This document shows, one piece after another, positions 37,705 through 49,200 of a stretch of DNA of 64,000 bases (its first letter is position 1; the number at the start of each line of letters is the position of its first letter). The notes beneath the pieces were generated by a model, which had not been told where the DNA came from, did no database searches, and saw only the letters and a program-made list of their open reading frames with translations. The position numbers were made by a program, and so were the translations under genes. The stretch spans positions 1-64,000 of the IMG/VR virus record IMGVR_UViG_3300011767_000002; one strand, written 5' to 3'. Source of the DNA: a virus. Its lineage: Duplodnaviria; Caudoviricetes.

Positions 37705-38195
37705 GCTGCTTCGACCGAGGTGACAAAGTCGTCGTAGTTTACTGGCTGTGTACCTTGGGCGGTGACGTCCGGCACCAGCGGCGGCGCTGGCAGGACAGCG
37801 GCAGCGTCTGGACGCTCTGCGACCGGACCTTTATTGCCGGTCACCAGGTCGACTGCAAACGGGTTGCGGCCGCCCAACATACCCAACAGCGCATTCTGTG
37901 CCTGAGCCAGACGTTCGGATTCATTGACCTGACGTTCTTCCACGTCGATCTTCCGAGTGGTCAAGGCAGCTTGGTCCAGGTCACGCAGGACTTGCAAGAA
38001 TGTGATGGCGTCTTTATCGATATGGGGTACACCACCCTTGAGGTGCTTCTTCACCATGGCCACTCGGATGCCCTGAGTGGTCTTGATGATGTCTGATGGA
38101 TCAACAGACTCGTTGATCTGCATCGGCGCGTCGCCAAGGTATTCATTATCTGCAACTGGCAGTAGGTCGCCGTCGATGGGATTGATGTCAGACAT
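37671..38195 (-). CDS. Hypothetical protein
   Basis: Start MSDINP with ggag RBS; coiled-coil centre. Confidence 0.6.
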   Translation of the reverse strand: MSDINPIDGDLLPVADNEYLGDAPMQINESVDPSDIIKTTQGIRVAMVKKHLKGGVPHIDKDAITFLQVLRDLDQAALTTRKIDVEERQVNESERLAQAQNALLGMLGGRNPFAVDLVTGNKGPVAERPDAAAVLPAPPLVPDVTAQGTQPVNYDDFVTSVEAAQRASDAEAED

Positions 38196-38264
38196 TGCAT
38201 AAACTCCGAGAAAAAACGTAGGTCGCTCATAGGATTGAATATAAGCGGCAGTGTTGAGGCACAC

Positions 38265-38744
38265 ATGTTGAGAAAGTTTTTCACATGGCTTAGACGAAAA
38301 GAACCGGAACCGCTGGTCGGTGCCACCATCTATGAAACGTTATTAAACCAACTGGGAGACCTCGATGAATTGACCAAACGCACCTTCTCACCCTCTAAAG
38401 CCAAGGCTGTGACCATCACGACCGCCACCCAGTCCTTGGGTGAGCTGCGCGGGTTTCTGGTCGAGGCTTCAGTGTTTGTTAGCCGCCAAGAGTACATGCC
38501 CGAGAAGTGGAAATCACGGGTAATCAGGTTGAGCAAAAGGACACTGGACGACTACATTGCAGACGGAGATGACCTGATCCATCCCCTGGACTGGCTTGCA
38601 CAACACCGTCACTACATCATTAAACTTCTCGATGCGTTCCTGAAATTGGAACACGCCGAGCAAGACTACTATCAACGTAAATGCAACTTCGTTATCGAGG
38701 ACCTTCTCGTTCTGGCTACAGCCAGCCGAGACTGCCTACGGTAA
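38265..38744 (+). CDS. Hypothetical protein
   Basis: Start MLRKFF with gagg RBS. Confidence 0.6.
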   Translation: MLRKFFTWLRRKEPEPLVGATIYETLLNQLGDLDELTKRTFSPSKAKAVTITTATQSLGELRGFLVEASVFVSRQEYMPEKWKSRVIRLSKRTLDDYIADGDDLIHPLDWLAQHRHYIIKLLDAFLKLEHAEQDYYQRKCNFVIEDLLVLATASRDCLR

Positions 38745-38763
38745 TCCATCTAGGAACCCATCC

Positions 38764-39396
38764 ATGAGCAAAGAACAACGTCGGATGATGGATGACGAAA
38801 ATAAGCTTCTACAAGAAGCCCGTAATCCATTGACCAAACTGTTCCGACTGATTCTTCGGGAGCTTCACATTGAAGCTAAACCTTGGAACAGGCGCCTCAC
38901 CGCGTTTCTTTCAAGTCCACTGTCACGCGTTCCCAAAAATGCAAAAGACATCGGTCAGGAACGGAACAACTTTAACCGTGCGATTGCCAAACCGCACATC
39001 ACCTTCAAGACCTTTCAAAAGGCGATCCAGATCCTTGGCCCTGTTCGGTATTCTATGAGCATCACCATGACCATGCGTGACGGTCGTGAGATCCATGTGA
39101 CCACCGATTCGTTCAAGAACCCGTACGCCAAAATTGACGACCTGGCCGCCACAGTCAGTGGCAAAGGGATGTCCCCTGACATGGACAACGTCGATTATGA
39201 CGACGAAGACGATGAACATCAGGTGACCGAAGAAGCGGTTGCGAAGATGATCGACGAAATCGGTCCTAGCGACCCTGTTGAACCACCCACTATCCGACTG
39301 ACCCATAAGTCGGTGGAACCGGCGAAACGTCAACGGCTGTCTCAGTTGATGACGAAGTCCTTCCCAGCACCCACTGATCGTGAGAATGACCAATGA
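38764..39396 (+). CDS. Hypothetical protein
   Basis: 210 aa, agga RBS; basic helical N-half and acidic C-half. Confidence 0.65.
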   Translation: MSKEQRRMMDDENKLLQEARNPLTKLFRLILRELHIEAKPWNRRLTAFLSSPLSRVPKNAKDIGQERNNFNRAIAKPHITFKTFQKAIQILGPVRYSMSITMTMRDGREIHVTTDSFKNPYAKIDDLAATVSGKGMSPDMDNVDYDDEDDEHQVTEEAVAKMIDEIGPSDPVEPPTIRLTHKSVEPAKRQRLSQLMTKSFPAPTDRENDQ

Positions 39397-40013
39397 CCGT
39401 GTCAGCCATTACTCACCCAATGCCCAGTTACCAAAGGAATTCCACCATGACTCTGGACACCCCCTCCAAGCCCTCGGGTCCTGCGGGACTGATCCCCGAA
39501 GAAGATGGTAAGACTCACATCAACGTCTATTCCCGTGGGGTCACCCCATTAGGACGTTCGTTGAGCAATCTCTCCGAGTGCAACATCGAGCACCCCTACT
39601 TTGGGCATTTCCGGACCCTGGAAGGCCTGTGGTTTTACATGAAAACCGGGTTCAAAGACGACAACTTCCGAATCATCAAGGGACTGGCCGCCCGTGACCT
39701 GGGTAAGAAGCTACCCAGTGAGTTCTACCCGCTGTTCAGCAAGATGTTCAAGCTGGGCATGTTGGAGAAGTTGGAAAAGAACCCTGGCTTACAGCGCGAC
39801 CTCCTGGCCAATGACTTACCCCTGGCGCATTACTACGTCTACGGTAAGAAAGTGATCGTTCAGGACCGTCATCAATGGCAGTTGGATTATTGGATGCTGC
39901 TGCGCTCAGCCCTGAAGAACACTGGATCGCTAGCGGCCATCCGGGCCGAGATTGAAGACGACATCAAGTACCAACTAAGTAACTTGGACAAGGCGTCTGA
40001 TTCACCCGAGTAA
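39393..40013 (+). CDS. NADAR-like protein (T4 gp30.3-like)
   Basis: LSNL..HF.TLEGLWFYMK..GLAARDLGK..NPGLQRDLL follows the NADAR pattern LSNF..F..LEGF...K..GLAA...G..N..FRDAL. Confidence 0.6.
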   Translation: MTVSAITHPMPSYQRNSTMTLDTPSKPSGPAGLIPEEDGKTHINVYSRGVTPLGRSLSNLSECNIEHPYFGHFRTLEGLWFYMKTGFKDDNFRIIKGLAARDLGKKLPSEFYPLFSKMFKLGMLEKLEKNPGLQRDLLANDLPLAHYYVYGKKVIVQDRHQWQLDYWMLLRSALKNTGSLAAIRAEIEDDIKYQLSNLDKASDSPE

Positions 40014-40088
40014 CCGTACGGATTGCGTGAGGGGCTTCAGGCCCCTCACGACTCCCTACTTTCTTTTTTTCTTTGTCAGGGAGGCGCT

Positions 40089-41090
40089 ATGTCACTCATT
40101 TCAATCCCGTTGTTTAAATCCAATAAGACCGAGGCCCTGGAACCGGCTGACGCCTACGACATCAGTTCGAGTCGGCCGATCAACAAGGTGTATGAGGCTG
40201 CAAAGAACACCACTGCCAAGCTGTTTGACCGTGCCGGGGGAGCCCAAGGGTTGGCCCAAGGGGTGATCAACCTGACCCAACAGAAAAGCGCGGGTGCCAC
40301 GGGGAAGCAGTTGTTGGAAAGTGGCTTGGGGATGTTTGGGGCCAGCAGTGCAGGGATTCTTCGCACCGTGGGTGGCGGCATTATCGACAAGGCTGGGGCG
40401 TTTATCGACCTTGACCCCACCATGGTCAACCGCATCAAGACCACCGGCGAATCCATGGTCCGCAAGGCCCAGTACGGTGACTATAGCGACATCAGCGATT
40501 ACAGTGACCTGCTGGTTCTGATGGGTGACATGACCGGCAACGAAACCATCTCACGCAGTGTCAACGTCGGGTTAGAGTCGGCCGTCTGGGCAGCCTCATT
40601 GACCAAGGCCGTAGAGTATGGGTCGTATGAATACATCGGCAGTGTCAAAGACCACATCGACCCTGAGGTCTATCGCCAAGCAGTGATCTTCAGTATCCCA
40701 GCAGTGGCCAGTTCAGGGTCTCTGGAGGCAGTGAAGGAACTGATTACCGCCCTCGGTGCTGAAGTCGTGCATGCTAACAAACCTGATTTCGTCGGGGTGT
40801 TCATCAACCGGTTTAAAGCTCCGGCAGAACCGACAATGGATATGCCAGCCTACGCCGACCAGGTCGTCGACACCATGACTCAGTTAGACAGTCGCTGGTA
40901 CCTGTATGACCGGGAAGGCCAAGACATTTCTGATTTCAAGTACCTGTCGGCAGCATCACCGGATGCGGTGGCTTATCTCAGTCATCATCCCGTGGTAGGC
41001 CCCCTGGTTCAGATTGCACCGCTGTTCCCTGAGAACACTGTCGATGCGGTTATGCGAGAACAATTCCCGTTAATGGTTTCCCTAAGCTGA
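40089..41090 (+). CDS. Virion structural protein (tail/baseplate)
   Basis: Start MSLISI with ggagg RBS; convergent with the gp139-like gene. Confidence 0.65.
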   Translation: MSLISIPLFKSNKTEALEPADAYDISSSRPINKVYEAAKNTTAKLFDRAGGAQGLAQGVINLTQQKSAGATGKQLLESGLGMFGASSAGILRTVGGGIIDKAGAFIDLDPTMVNRIKTTGESMVRKAQYGDYSDISDYSDLLVLMGDMTGNETISRSVNVGLESAVWAASLTKAVEYGSYEYIGSVKDHIDPEVYRQAVIFSIPAVASSGSLEAVKELITALGAEVVHANKPDFVGVFINRFKAPAEPTMDMPAYADQVVDTMTQLDSRWYLYDREGQDISDFKYLSAASPDAVAYLSHHPVVGPLVQIAPLFPENTVDAVMREQFPLMVSLS

Positions 41091-41092
41091 CG

Positions 41093-41126
41093 CATAAGAG
41101 CCCAGGGCATTGCCCTGGGCTCTATG
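41093..41126. terminator. CATA...TATG hairpin between convergent genes
   Basis: cata-agagcccagggc-att-gccctgggctc-tatg. Confidence 0.75.
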
Positions 41127-41130
41127 TTGC

Positions 41131-43215
41131 TTATTGCCGGTCGGTGGCGTGGGCCATGGCCTTGGCAGCATCGCCAAACATGCCTGACATGGCCCACATC
41201 GCCGCACGTTCCGGCGACTTGGCATCGTCGAAGGCGGCTTGCTGACGCGCCAGGCGAACCGCCCACTTACGCAATCCGTTGATTTCCGCTTCCAAGGGTA
41301 GTCCTGCCAGAATGGCCAGGTAGTCGGTGTAGTTGTTATCGTCGTCGTACGTCGACCCCAACATGGCCGAAGCGGCCGCACTGCCCAGGTTAGCCACGTC
41401 CACGTCGCTGTTGGTCAACCAACCCACACCCTTACCAATCCCATACCCTGCGGCCTGAATGACCCGGTCTGAAAATTCAAACGAGGGGTTCACGTGCATG
41501 TTGACCGCGTTGGTCAGGTCAATCAAGCCAAGCTGGATGTCGACCCCCAGGAACCCACCGTTGTTGTTCCAGCCGATGTCGCCCGCACCCCGCGTGATGG
41601 TCAGGGAATCGACCATGGCCAGACGGGAGTGAGCCCGCCCTTGTGCGAAGTACTCCATGAGAAACGGCGAGGTGTGTGACTGTTTACCCGTCGCCAATGG
41701 CACTGCCATGGCGAAGATGCAACACAACGGCAAGATCAGGTTCTGAAGCCTGGAGACCGGATCACCATACGGAGACCGTAAGGGGATGTTCAGTGATAGC
41801 TTGTTGAAGTCACAGCTGGAACTATCCCAGACTTTGGGGATGTCCACGTAAGCCGAGCCTGCTAATTGTGCCAAGCCCTGGATACCAATCGCCTGGGTGG
41901 CCCCGGACATGAAATCCTTCAAGGCTTCGTAAGAACCCCCGATGATTCCCGACCCTTCCAAATTACCGTCAAACATGCTAAAGCGCGTTTCACGGGCACT
42001 GGCTGAGATGGCATTGATCTGCCCCTGAATAGAAGAGTCTTTGGTGGAGTTGTTAAAGGACTCGCTTTGCGTTCCAGTGAAATCCACCCGGACGCTCAAG
42101 AACTCAGACCCCATCCGCGCCTCGGACAACAATGCCTCTTCCATGCGGTTGATCACGCCGTCTTCCAGCCGTCCGGTTTTCTCCACCGCTTCTTTGTTAG
42201 CCAGGGCATCGTCGTCGCTGATGTACCCCAGCATCTCATTGGACTTCCAGAGCTCCGTATAGGCCGCTAGCGTGGCGCTGGAGGAGTTCCGGACAGACTC
42301 ATACACCTTGCCCATGTCTTCGCCGTACAGGCGCTGTTTGAAGATCTCACGCATGGCCTTCTTGGAGCTGACACCCTGCAGTTCCGAGTTCAGCAACTTA
42401 TGGCGGTTGTTGACCAACCGTTGTCCGCGTTGGGCGATGGCAAAGACATCCAATCCCCCGTCTTTACGGTAGATCGAGGGAATCAGGCGATGAAACTCAT
42501 TGACGTCTGCCTGGGTAATCTCATCGTCCTTGGAATGCAAGGGTTTGCTGCCTTGGTAGATCGGACGAGGAATCACCCCCATGTTGGCTGCAACGCCATT
42601 GACCATGGCTGACACCGCGGTCCAGTACGGCAACATCGATGGCTTGAGGTAATAATACTTACTGGCCGGTCGCCGCAAGAAGAACCGAATCACTTTACCG
42701 GCCATGATAAACGGCATCATCGGGATCGTGGCAATGGACCCCAATGCCCAACCCAGGTTATAGAAGAACCCAGGGGCGCGCCCTGACCGCGCCATGCTGG
42801 CGGCCGGGACAGAATAGTAGTTCGCATAAAACGAGGTCATGCTGTTAAACTGTGGAAACCCCATGCGAAAGTGGACCACCTGCATGTTGTCGTCAAACTT
42901 CTCACTGTACACCCGTCCAATCCCATTGGAGGATGACGTGTTGGTGGTGTTGGTGCGTGAGACCTTGGGCACCAGGACCGTCTTGCCCCGTGCGTTGGCA
43001 CTGCTAAACAGGTTATGTTTCAAATCGGCATAACGGGTGAACTGGGGCAATGGGTTGATGACGAAATTGCCGCCTAGGGTGGTGTCAGTGGCCTTTTGCA
43101 TCGACGTCGAATAGATACGGTTGACCACCGCCTCGTTCCCACCGATGATGGTATCTGATGGCAACAAGAATGCCGACTTCACCCAGCTGTCATCTAAGAT
43201 GTTATCCATGTACAT
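41131..43215 (-). CDS. Baseplate/tail virion protein (phiKZ gp139-like)
   Basis: 694 aa; INPLPQFTRYAD, LRSPYGDP, SPFLMEYF blocks; downstream of the tape measure. Confidence 0.7.
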   Translation of the reverse strand: MYMDNILDDSWVKSAFLLPSDTIIGGNEAVVNRIYSTSMQKATDTTLGGNFVINPLPQFTRYADLKHNLFSSANARGKTVLVPKVSRTNTTNTSSSNGIGRVYSEKFDDNMQVVHFRMGFPQFNSMTSFYANYYSVPAASMARSGRAPGFFYNLGWALGSIATIPMMPFIMAGKVIRFFLRRPASKYYYLKPSMLPYWTAVSAMVNGVAANMGVIPRPIYQGSKPLHSKDDEITQADVNEFHRLIPSIYRKDGGLDVFAIAQRGQRLVNNRHKLLNSELQGVSSKKAMREIFKQRLYGEDMGKVYESVRNSSSATLAAYTELWKSNEMLGYISDDDALANKEAVEKTGRLEDGVINRMEEALLSEARMGSEFLSVRVDFTGTQSESFNNSTKDSSIQGQINAISASARETRFSMFDGNLEGSGIIGGSYEALKDFMSGATQAIGIQGLAQLAGSAYVDIPKVWDSSSCDFNKLSLNIPLRSPYGDPVSRLQNLILPLCCIFAMAVPLATGKQSHTSPFLMEYFAQGRAHSRLAMVDSLTITRGAGDIGWNNNGGFLGVDIQLGLIDLTNAVNMHVNPSFEFSDRVIQAAGYGIGKGVGWLTNSDVDVANLGSAAASAMLGSTYDDDNNYTDYLAILAGLPLEAEINGLRKWAVRLARQQAAFDDAKSPERAAMWAMSGMFGDAAKAMAHATDRQ

Positions 43216-43268
43216 GACCTCTGATAAACGAAAAAGGAAGTGAGGGGTCGCCCCCTCACGTCCAGGGT

Positions 43269-46200
43269 TTACACCCGACCAACTGAGACCGTGCCCCGTG
43301 CTGCTGCTTTCGGGGTATTGATCGTGGGGCTTTGTGTGGTCCGGGTCCCTTGAGCCACCAGCTCAGCGGCTGGACCGTTTGGGACTGAGCCACCTAATCC
43401 ACCACCCTTGACCAACTCGACGAGCGTGATCAGCTGCTGGAGCTGTGATTCATTCACCCCCACCAGTCGTTCAAGGTTACCCTCCAGTCCACCGTAGGTG
43501 TTCGTGGAGGCCTTGGCCTGGTTTGAACTTTGTGCATCCGCTGTCCGAGCTGCCAGCATCAGACCAGCTGGGCTGGTTTGTGTCTGTCGGGCATCGGCTT
43601 TGTCACTGAGCGCTACAGTGTCATTGGCAGCGGGTGCTTCTACCACACTATTGGCCGGCGCTGTTCCAGCCACCGCAGGTTTGACCATCGACGGCATGGT
43701 GGCGTCTGCTGACACCGCCAACGCAGTTTCAGCCGGAGTTGCTGACCCAGTGTCCTGTGGAGCATCCTCATTACCCGCGAGCTGCGTAGCCTCACCGGTT
43801 TTAAGGGTTTGGGCAACTTGTGGCGCATCGCCTTTACGGTGCTTCTTGATCTTCTCGTCGAAGTCATTGTACACCGCTGCCACCGAGCGAGGCCGTCCAC
43901 TGCGGTCCCGGAAGATCGCTGGGTTGGACTTTGCTTGAGCAGCGCCGACATGGTTAATTGCCGGGTCGGTGGGGGGTGCCGATAGGAAGCGTTTTGCGCC
44001 GCCTGGCCCCAAGAAGTGCGCCAAGTAGACATCCGTGTCCGTCACGTTACGTTTGACGGCCCCTTTGATGGTCTTGATGTTCTCTTTGAGGTATTCAAGT
44101 CCAAGGAGCGCATTCGCCCGTGGGTCATGTTGCGTGGTGTCTGGGTTGATGCCGTACTTGGCCGCATGCCGACCCATGAGGTCCTTCCATGTCCCTTTGA
44201 TCACCTGGTAGTAACTGGCGGCTGAAGAGAGCACACCTGCCGAGGGGTTGCGAGGGTTCTTATACGGCAGGGCATTGGGCCGGTAGTTCGATTCGACACC
44301 GGCGATACTGGCTGCCAGCGAAGGATCGATGCCGACCATGTTAGCCGCTGCCATCAGGGTCTCCTTGTTGGCTTCCCAGCCGTCTCCCTTTGGCTCGGGG
44401 ATGTCGTTGATGTTACCGCCCGAGCCCCCTCCCGGATGACTGACCGGAGTCCCGGTCGCCAATTCAGTTGGACCGACTGCACTGCCTGGCGACACGGACT
44501 GTCCCTGACTGTTCATGCCGCCTTGTTGCGGAGCCTTTTCTTTATCTCCACCAAAGAAGCCTTTGACCCCCGACCACATCTTACCGAAGACACCTGACTC
44601 AGATTCGCCCGCATTCGCGTTCGCTTGTGGCGCACCGGAATTAGGCCCGGACTGCCCAGCGGTGGCTGGACGGTTCGTCTGACTGGGGTCTTCGACCACC
44701 AGGTTACCGTCTTTGTCTCGGATCTGACCTTTGTGGATCGCTTCTGGCTCGATCAGTTCCTTGTCGGTGACTTTCTGATACAGGGTATCCAACGCGGCAT
44801 CGGTGGAGGCGGCATCGGCGTTGAGCACGTACCATTTCCAAGGCGACTCTTCAATGTCCCACACGGAGATCCCGGCGTTGTCGCGTGCCAGCACCGTTTC
44901 CCGCAAGACCTCTACCAGCTGGAATGTCTTCAACCGTTTAGCAGCATCTTTGGCATCGATGTTGGCCCGGACTCGAACTGCAGAGCAGTACGCCAGGAAA
45001 GTAGGCACGAAACGTCGATGGAACCAAATGTACACCCCTTTGGCTTCTTCGCTATGGGGTGGAAGGAACAAAGCTTCAGCGATTTCATACGCTTTATCCA
45101 AGTCCTTCAAGGAGGCCTGCTTGTCCTTGTCGTAGTTGACCATGGACCAAAGGTTGTTCTCCAGCGTGGCCAGCATGTACATCTTAATCTCGGTGATCTC
45201 GGTCAAGCCGTAGGTGCGATACCGTACGGACTGGCTGTCATCCATGTTTGTGGCCAAGGCCGAGTTATGGACAACGCTGACCACCGTGGCACTTCCGACC
45301 GTTGCAGTCGTGGTAACCACCCCTTTCAGATTAGCCGCATTGGCCGTGGTGCTGCTAGCAGTTTGCTTATGACCGATGTTCAGGGCTTTAGCCGGCTGGC
45401 CCGGTTCAGCGGGGGCGGGGGCCTTACTGTTAACCTTGGTGGCTGCTGCTGTTCCGGCAACCGCGCCGGCTGTAACAACCGCACCTGCAGTTGACGTCTC
45501 TTGAGCCTTCTTCCCCGACGGATCACCTCTGAGGACCTCAGCCGTCAACGCTTTTCGAGCATCGTCAACATGGTCTTCCACATCCCCGGCGTCCAGGTCC
45601 AGGTCTTCATCCTCGAAAGGACCAACCATGGCATTGAGCGCATCGCTACGGTCTTTCATGGAGACCTTGGTCAGGAAGTCCAGCGCCACCTTCCCTTTGA
45701 GTTTCCCGTCTACCTGAGACAGGTCAAGCGACTTGGTCAGGACGTAGTAGTTTGAAACATGCAGCAGGTACACTGCCGAGAACCGGCCCTTGATATACCG
45801 GATTGCCCGTTCTACTTCCGGACTGCCATCTGGGTCTTCCACGTTAAGCTTCAGGATCGCCGCCACCGATTCAAACGGTACCGACTGGACATTGACCGAC
45901 GCTTTACCCTCAGCATCCACCGAGGTGTGTTGAGCGAAGAGTTTCTCCAGCTCCATCAGCATCTTGACTTCCGTGCTGTCAGGTTTTGGATGAACCCCGT
46001 ACTGCGCCATCCGGACACGGGTCAGCGGAGCCAATTTATCCCGCGTTGCACTGTAGATGTACGCCCCAGCCGCCAGTGCCGTGCCAGCGATGGCAACCCC
46101 TGCCAATACTGGCGCACTGACCAGTCCGGCTGCACCCATCAACGCCCCCAACGCCAGACGGCCTGCGGTACCTGCCACCATGCGAGTCAACGGGTTGGTC

Positions 46201-49200
46201 AATGCGAACTTAGCACCTTTAAAGCCCAGACCCAACCCCTTACCCAACAGCTTGGTGGCACCCCAGCCAAGCTTGGCCGCCCCACCTACAGCTTTGCCGC
46301 CGAGTTTGAGGCCCTTGCCAAAGGTACCCATCTTGTCCAATAGCCGTCCACCGGCGTTGGTCAACCGTCCCAGTTTACCCTTGCGTTTAGCCCGTCGGCG
46401 GTTCTTGCGCTTACTGCGCCCTTCACCATCAGACCCATCGCCGAACAAATCCGACAACGAATCCAGTACGCCGCCGCCTTCATCGCCCTCGTCCTCATCG
46501 CCGCCCTTAAGTCGATTCATTAATCCGGCCAACACCCCACCTTTAGCAAACAGGCCTTGGACACTGTCGAACTTGCCCTTGAGCTTGTCCTTACCTTCCT
46601 GAACCAATTCTTTCCGGCGAGCAAACATGTCGGTAAATGAGTTCTTACGGACTTTCTCGGGGGTGACCTGCTTAAGGGTCTCGTACTGCAGCTGCACCGA
46701 CCGCAGCATCAAGGTGACCATGTCCTCTTGTGGTTCGCCGGTGAGATCGGCCGTGACATCGGCACCGGTCTTGGGGTTTATGAAGCGCCGCATCAGCTTT
46801 GTCATGCGGGGCCTAAACTTGCCGCGGAACTGAGCCATTTTACCTTGTGCCGAGTTGGCAATTTCAGCCACCCCTTGACCCATTTTATCAGCTGCTTCGC
46901 CGAAGGAGTCACTGCCGCGGACGTTGTTGACTTTATCGCCCAGAACCGCAATGTGTTGCTTGGCGGTCTGAATACCGGTTTGCGTCAGTGCCCCAGCTTT
47001 AGAGCCCTTAAACTTATCGGCCAGTTCCGAAGCGTGTTTGATCACCCGGCCCTTGTTGTCAGCAATCACCGACCGCCCGACCAGGTCTTTGTATTCCAGG
47101 ATTGTCCGGTTCTTCAAGTCCACCACGTCGCCCTGGATGTCTTCCCAGCGCTTAAGGGTTTCACCTGTGACCTTATCCCGGTATTGGCCGGCTTTGAGTT
47201 TCCATTCTTGAAGCCTAGGGTGGTCCTCGCCCTGCACCCAGATGTCCTTGGCTTGTTGTTTCAAGTCACCCAAGGACTGCGACATTTCCGTGTACTTCTC
47301 ATCCGTCCACTGGGGGACCAGTTCACGGTACAGGTCGTACTTATCCCTGACTTTGTTCTTCGCGGCTTGGAACTTCTCGCCCACGTAATCAATCCGAGGG
47401 GTCGGCGCAGATGAGTCACAGCACGTGGTTGGCAAGCCCTTCAACAGCCCTACGGTTTCGGCGTGGAAGTCGCGAGACTCACGGATCAAGGCGATTAAGG
47501 TGCTCTTGTCACCTAAGTATCGTTCGAGTCCTCCGAGCCGTGCTTGGGCATGCCCCGACAGGCGTGCAGAATCAGCTCGATCAGCGCGGCGGGTAAGATC
47601 GCCACGAACTTTATCAACGCCAGAAACACGATCAGTACGCTGACGATCGCTATGATCAGCATTCGGGCCGCCTTGCGGACCTCCAGCTTCGCTTGGTTGG
47701 CCATCTTCATCGAGTACAGAACTCCAGATCTTGTCGAAATTAATGCGGTCTTCTCGACCCTGGCGCTCAATGTACCCAAGCTTACGCAAACTGTCCTTGC
47801 CGAGCACATCACCCAAGATCCGGATGCGGTCACCGCTGGCAGGAATCATGTTCGACATGCGCAAGAACTGATCGCGGATGTCGTTGAACCGCCGCTCACC
47901 GGCTTCAGAGGTGTCGGTTTGCTTGCCTTCGTAATCCAGTCCGAAGCTGTCGATGATCAAGGAGGTGATTTCATCCACCACCCCTACATCTTCATTGGGG
48001 TACTGCGCCGGGTCAGCCAACCGATCCGGTTTAAGGTCACGTCCATTGGCCAGCTCATCAAGCAGTTTACGCTTGAGGGCGCGCTGGGCTTTGGAGGACA
48101 TGACGTCCCCACCAATCGTCTTGAGGAAGTCATCGGCCGCGGTGCGCAACGAGTCGCGCTCAGACCGGGACATGATCTGCCGGCCGACATCGGCGAGCTG
48201 GTCTTTCTCCGCGGTAAACCCACCCCGAACGACGTTATAGACCTGCTTAGCGCTGTCTTTCTCACCGGTGACCGCGACGCGGGACCAGTGGGCGATTTCC
48301 GACAGGTACCCAGGGATGATCTCGATCAGAGACCGTCGGGCGATCTTGTCGAATTTGTCGACTTCGTCCAGGGATTCAACAGAATCACCGCCGGTGCGCG
48401 AATCCAGACTGAATTGCGGCAGGAAGCTTTTGAACATCTGCGTCATCACAGACTTAAAGCCGGAGCCTTGGGTCTCAGATTGCGCGTATTCGTTGACTTG
48501 CTGTGGCAGTCCGGTGAAGGTCTTTCTCAGTTTCTCTCCAGTCTTGGCCAGGATCTTGTTGTTCGCCAAATACGGCGACAAGTACATCGACGCATGGTCA
48601 CGAACCGTAGACCCAATCATAGAGCCAAGAACCTGACCCCCCAGTTGGTGCCGGCTCATGCCTATGTCTTCGGTCATGGCCATGCCTTCTTTCAAGGGGT
48701 CGAGCACCCCTTGCACCATACCCGAGACGTTTTCCATCGTCTGCTTGATATAGTTTTGCGACCAGTTAGAAATCGAGTTGAGGCCGTTGCCCATCAGGCG
48801 CTGTTTCGCCAACTGGCCAAACATCTCACTGCCACGGATCTTGACCGCTTCCGGCAGGGCTGTGTTGTGACGAATGGTCTCCAGCAATTGGGTCTGCTTG
48901 GAGGTCGCCTCGACCATCAGGTCTGTCAGTTGTTTGGTCGTGGTGTATTGGCGGTAGTTAAGCTCCAGCATCTTGTGCTGATAGCGTGCCGTCACTTTAT
49001 CCTGATACCCTACCAAGCGACCCAGGCTGCGGTTGATTGCAGACAGGGCTTCGATGTTGGACTTGAACCGCGCCTGCTCCATCCCCTTGCGTTCGAGGTT
49101 TTCCACCTCATCGCGTGTGGCGCGCTCTTCGTCTACACTGGCTTTGGCTTTAAAGATTTCAGCCAAGCCCGCCAGGTCGGCAGCTTCTTGTTCCTGCTTG

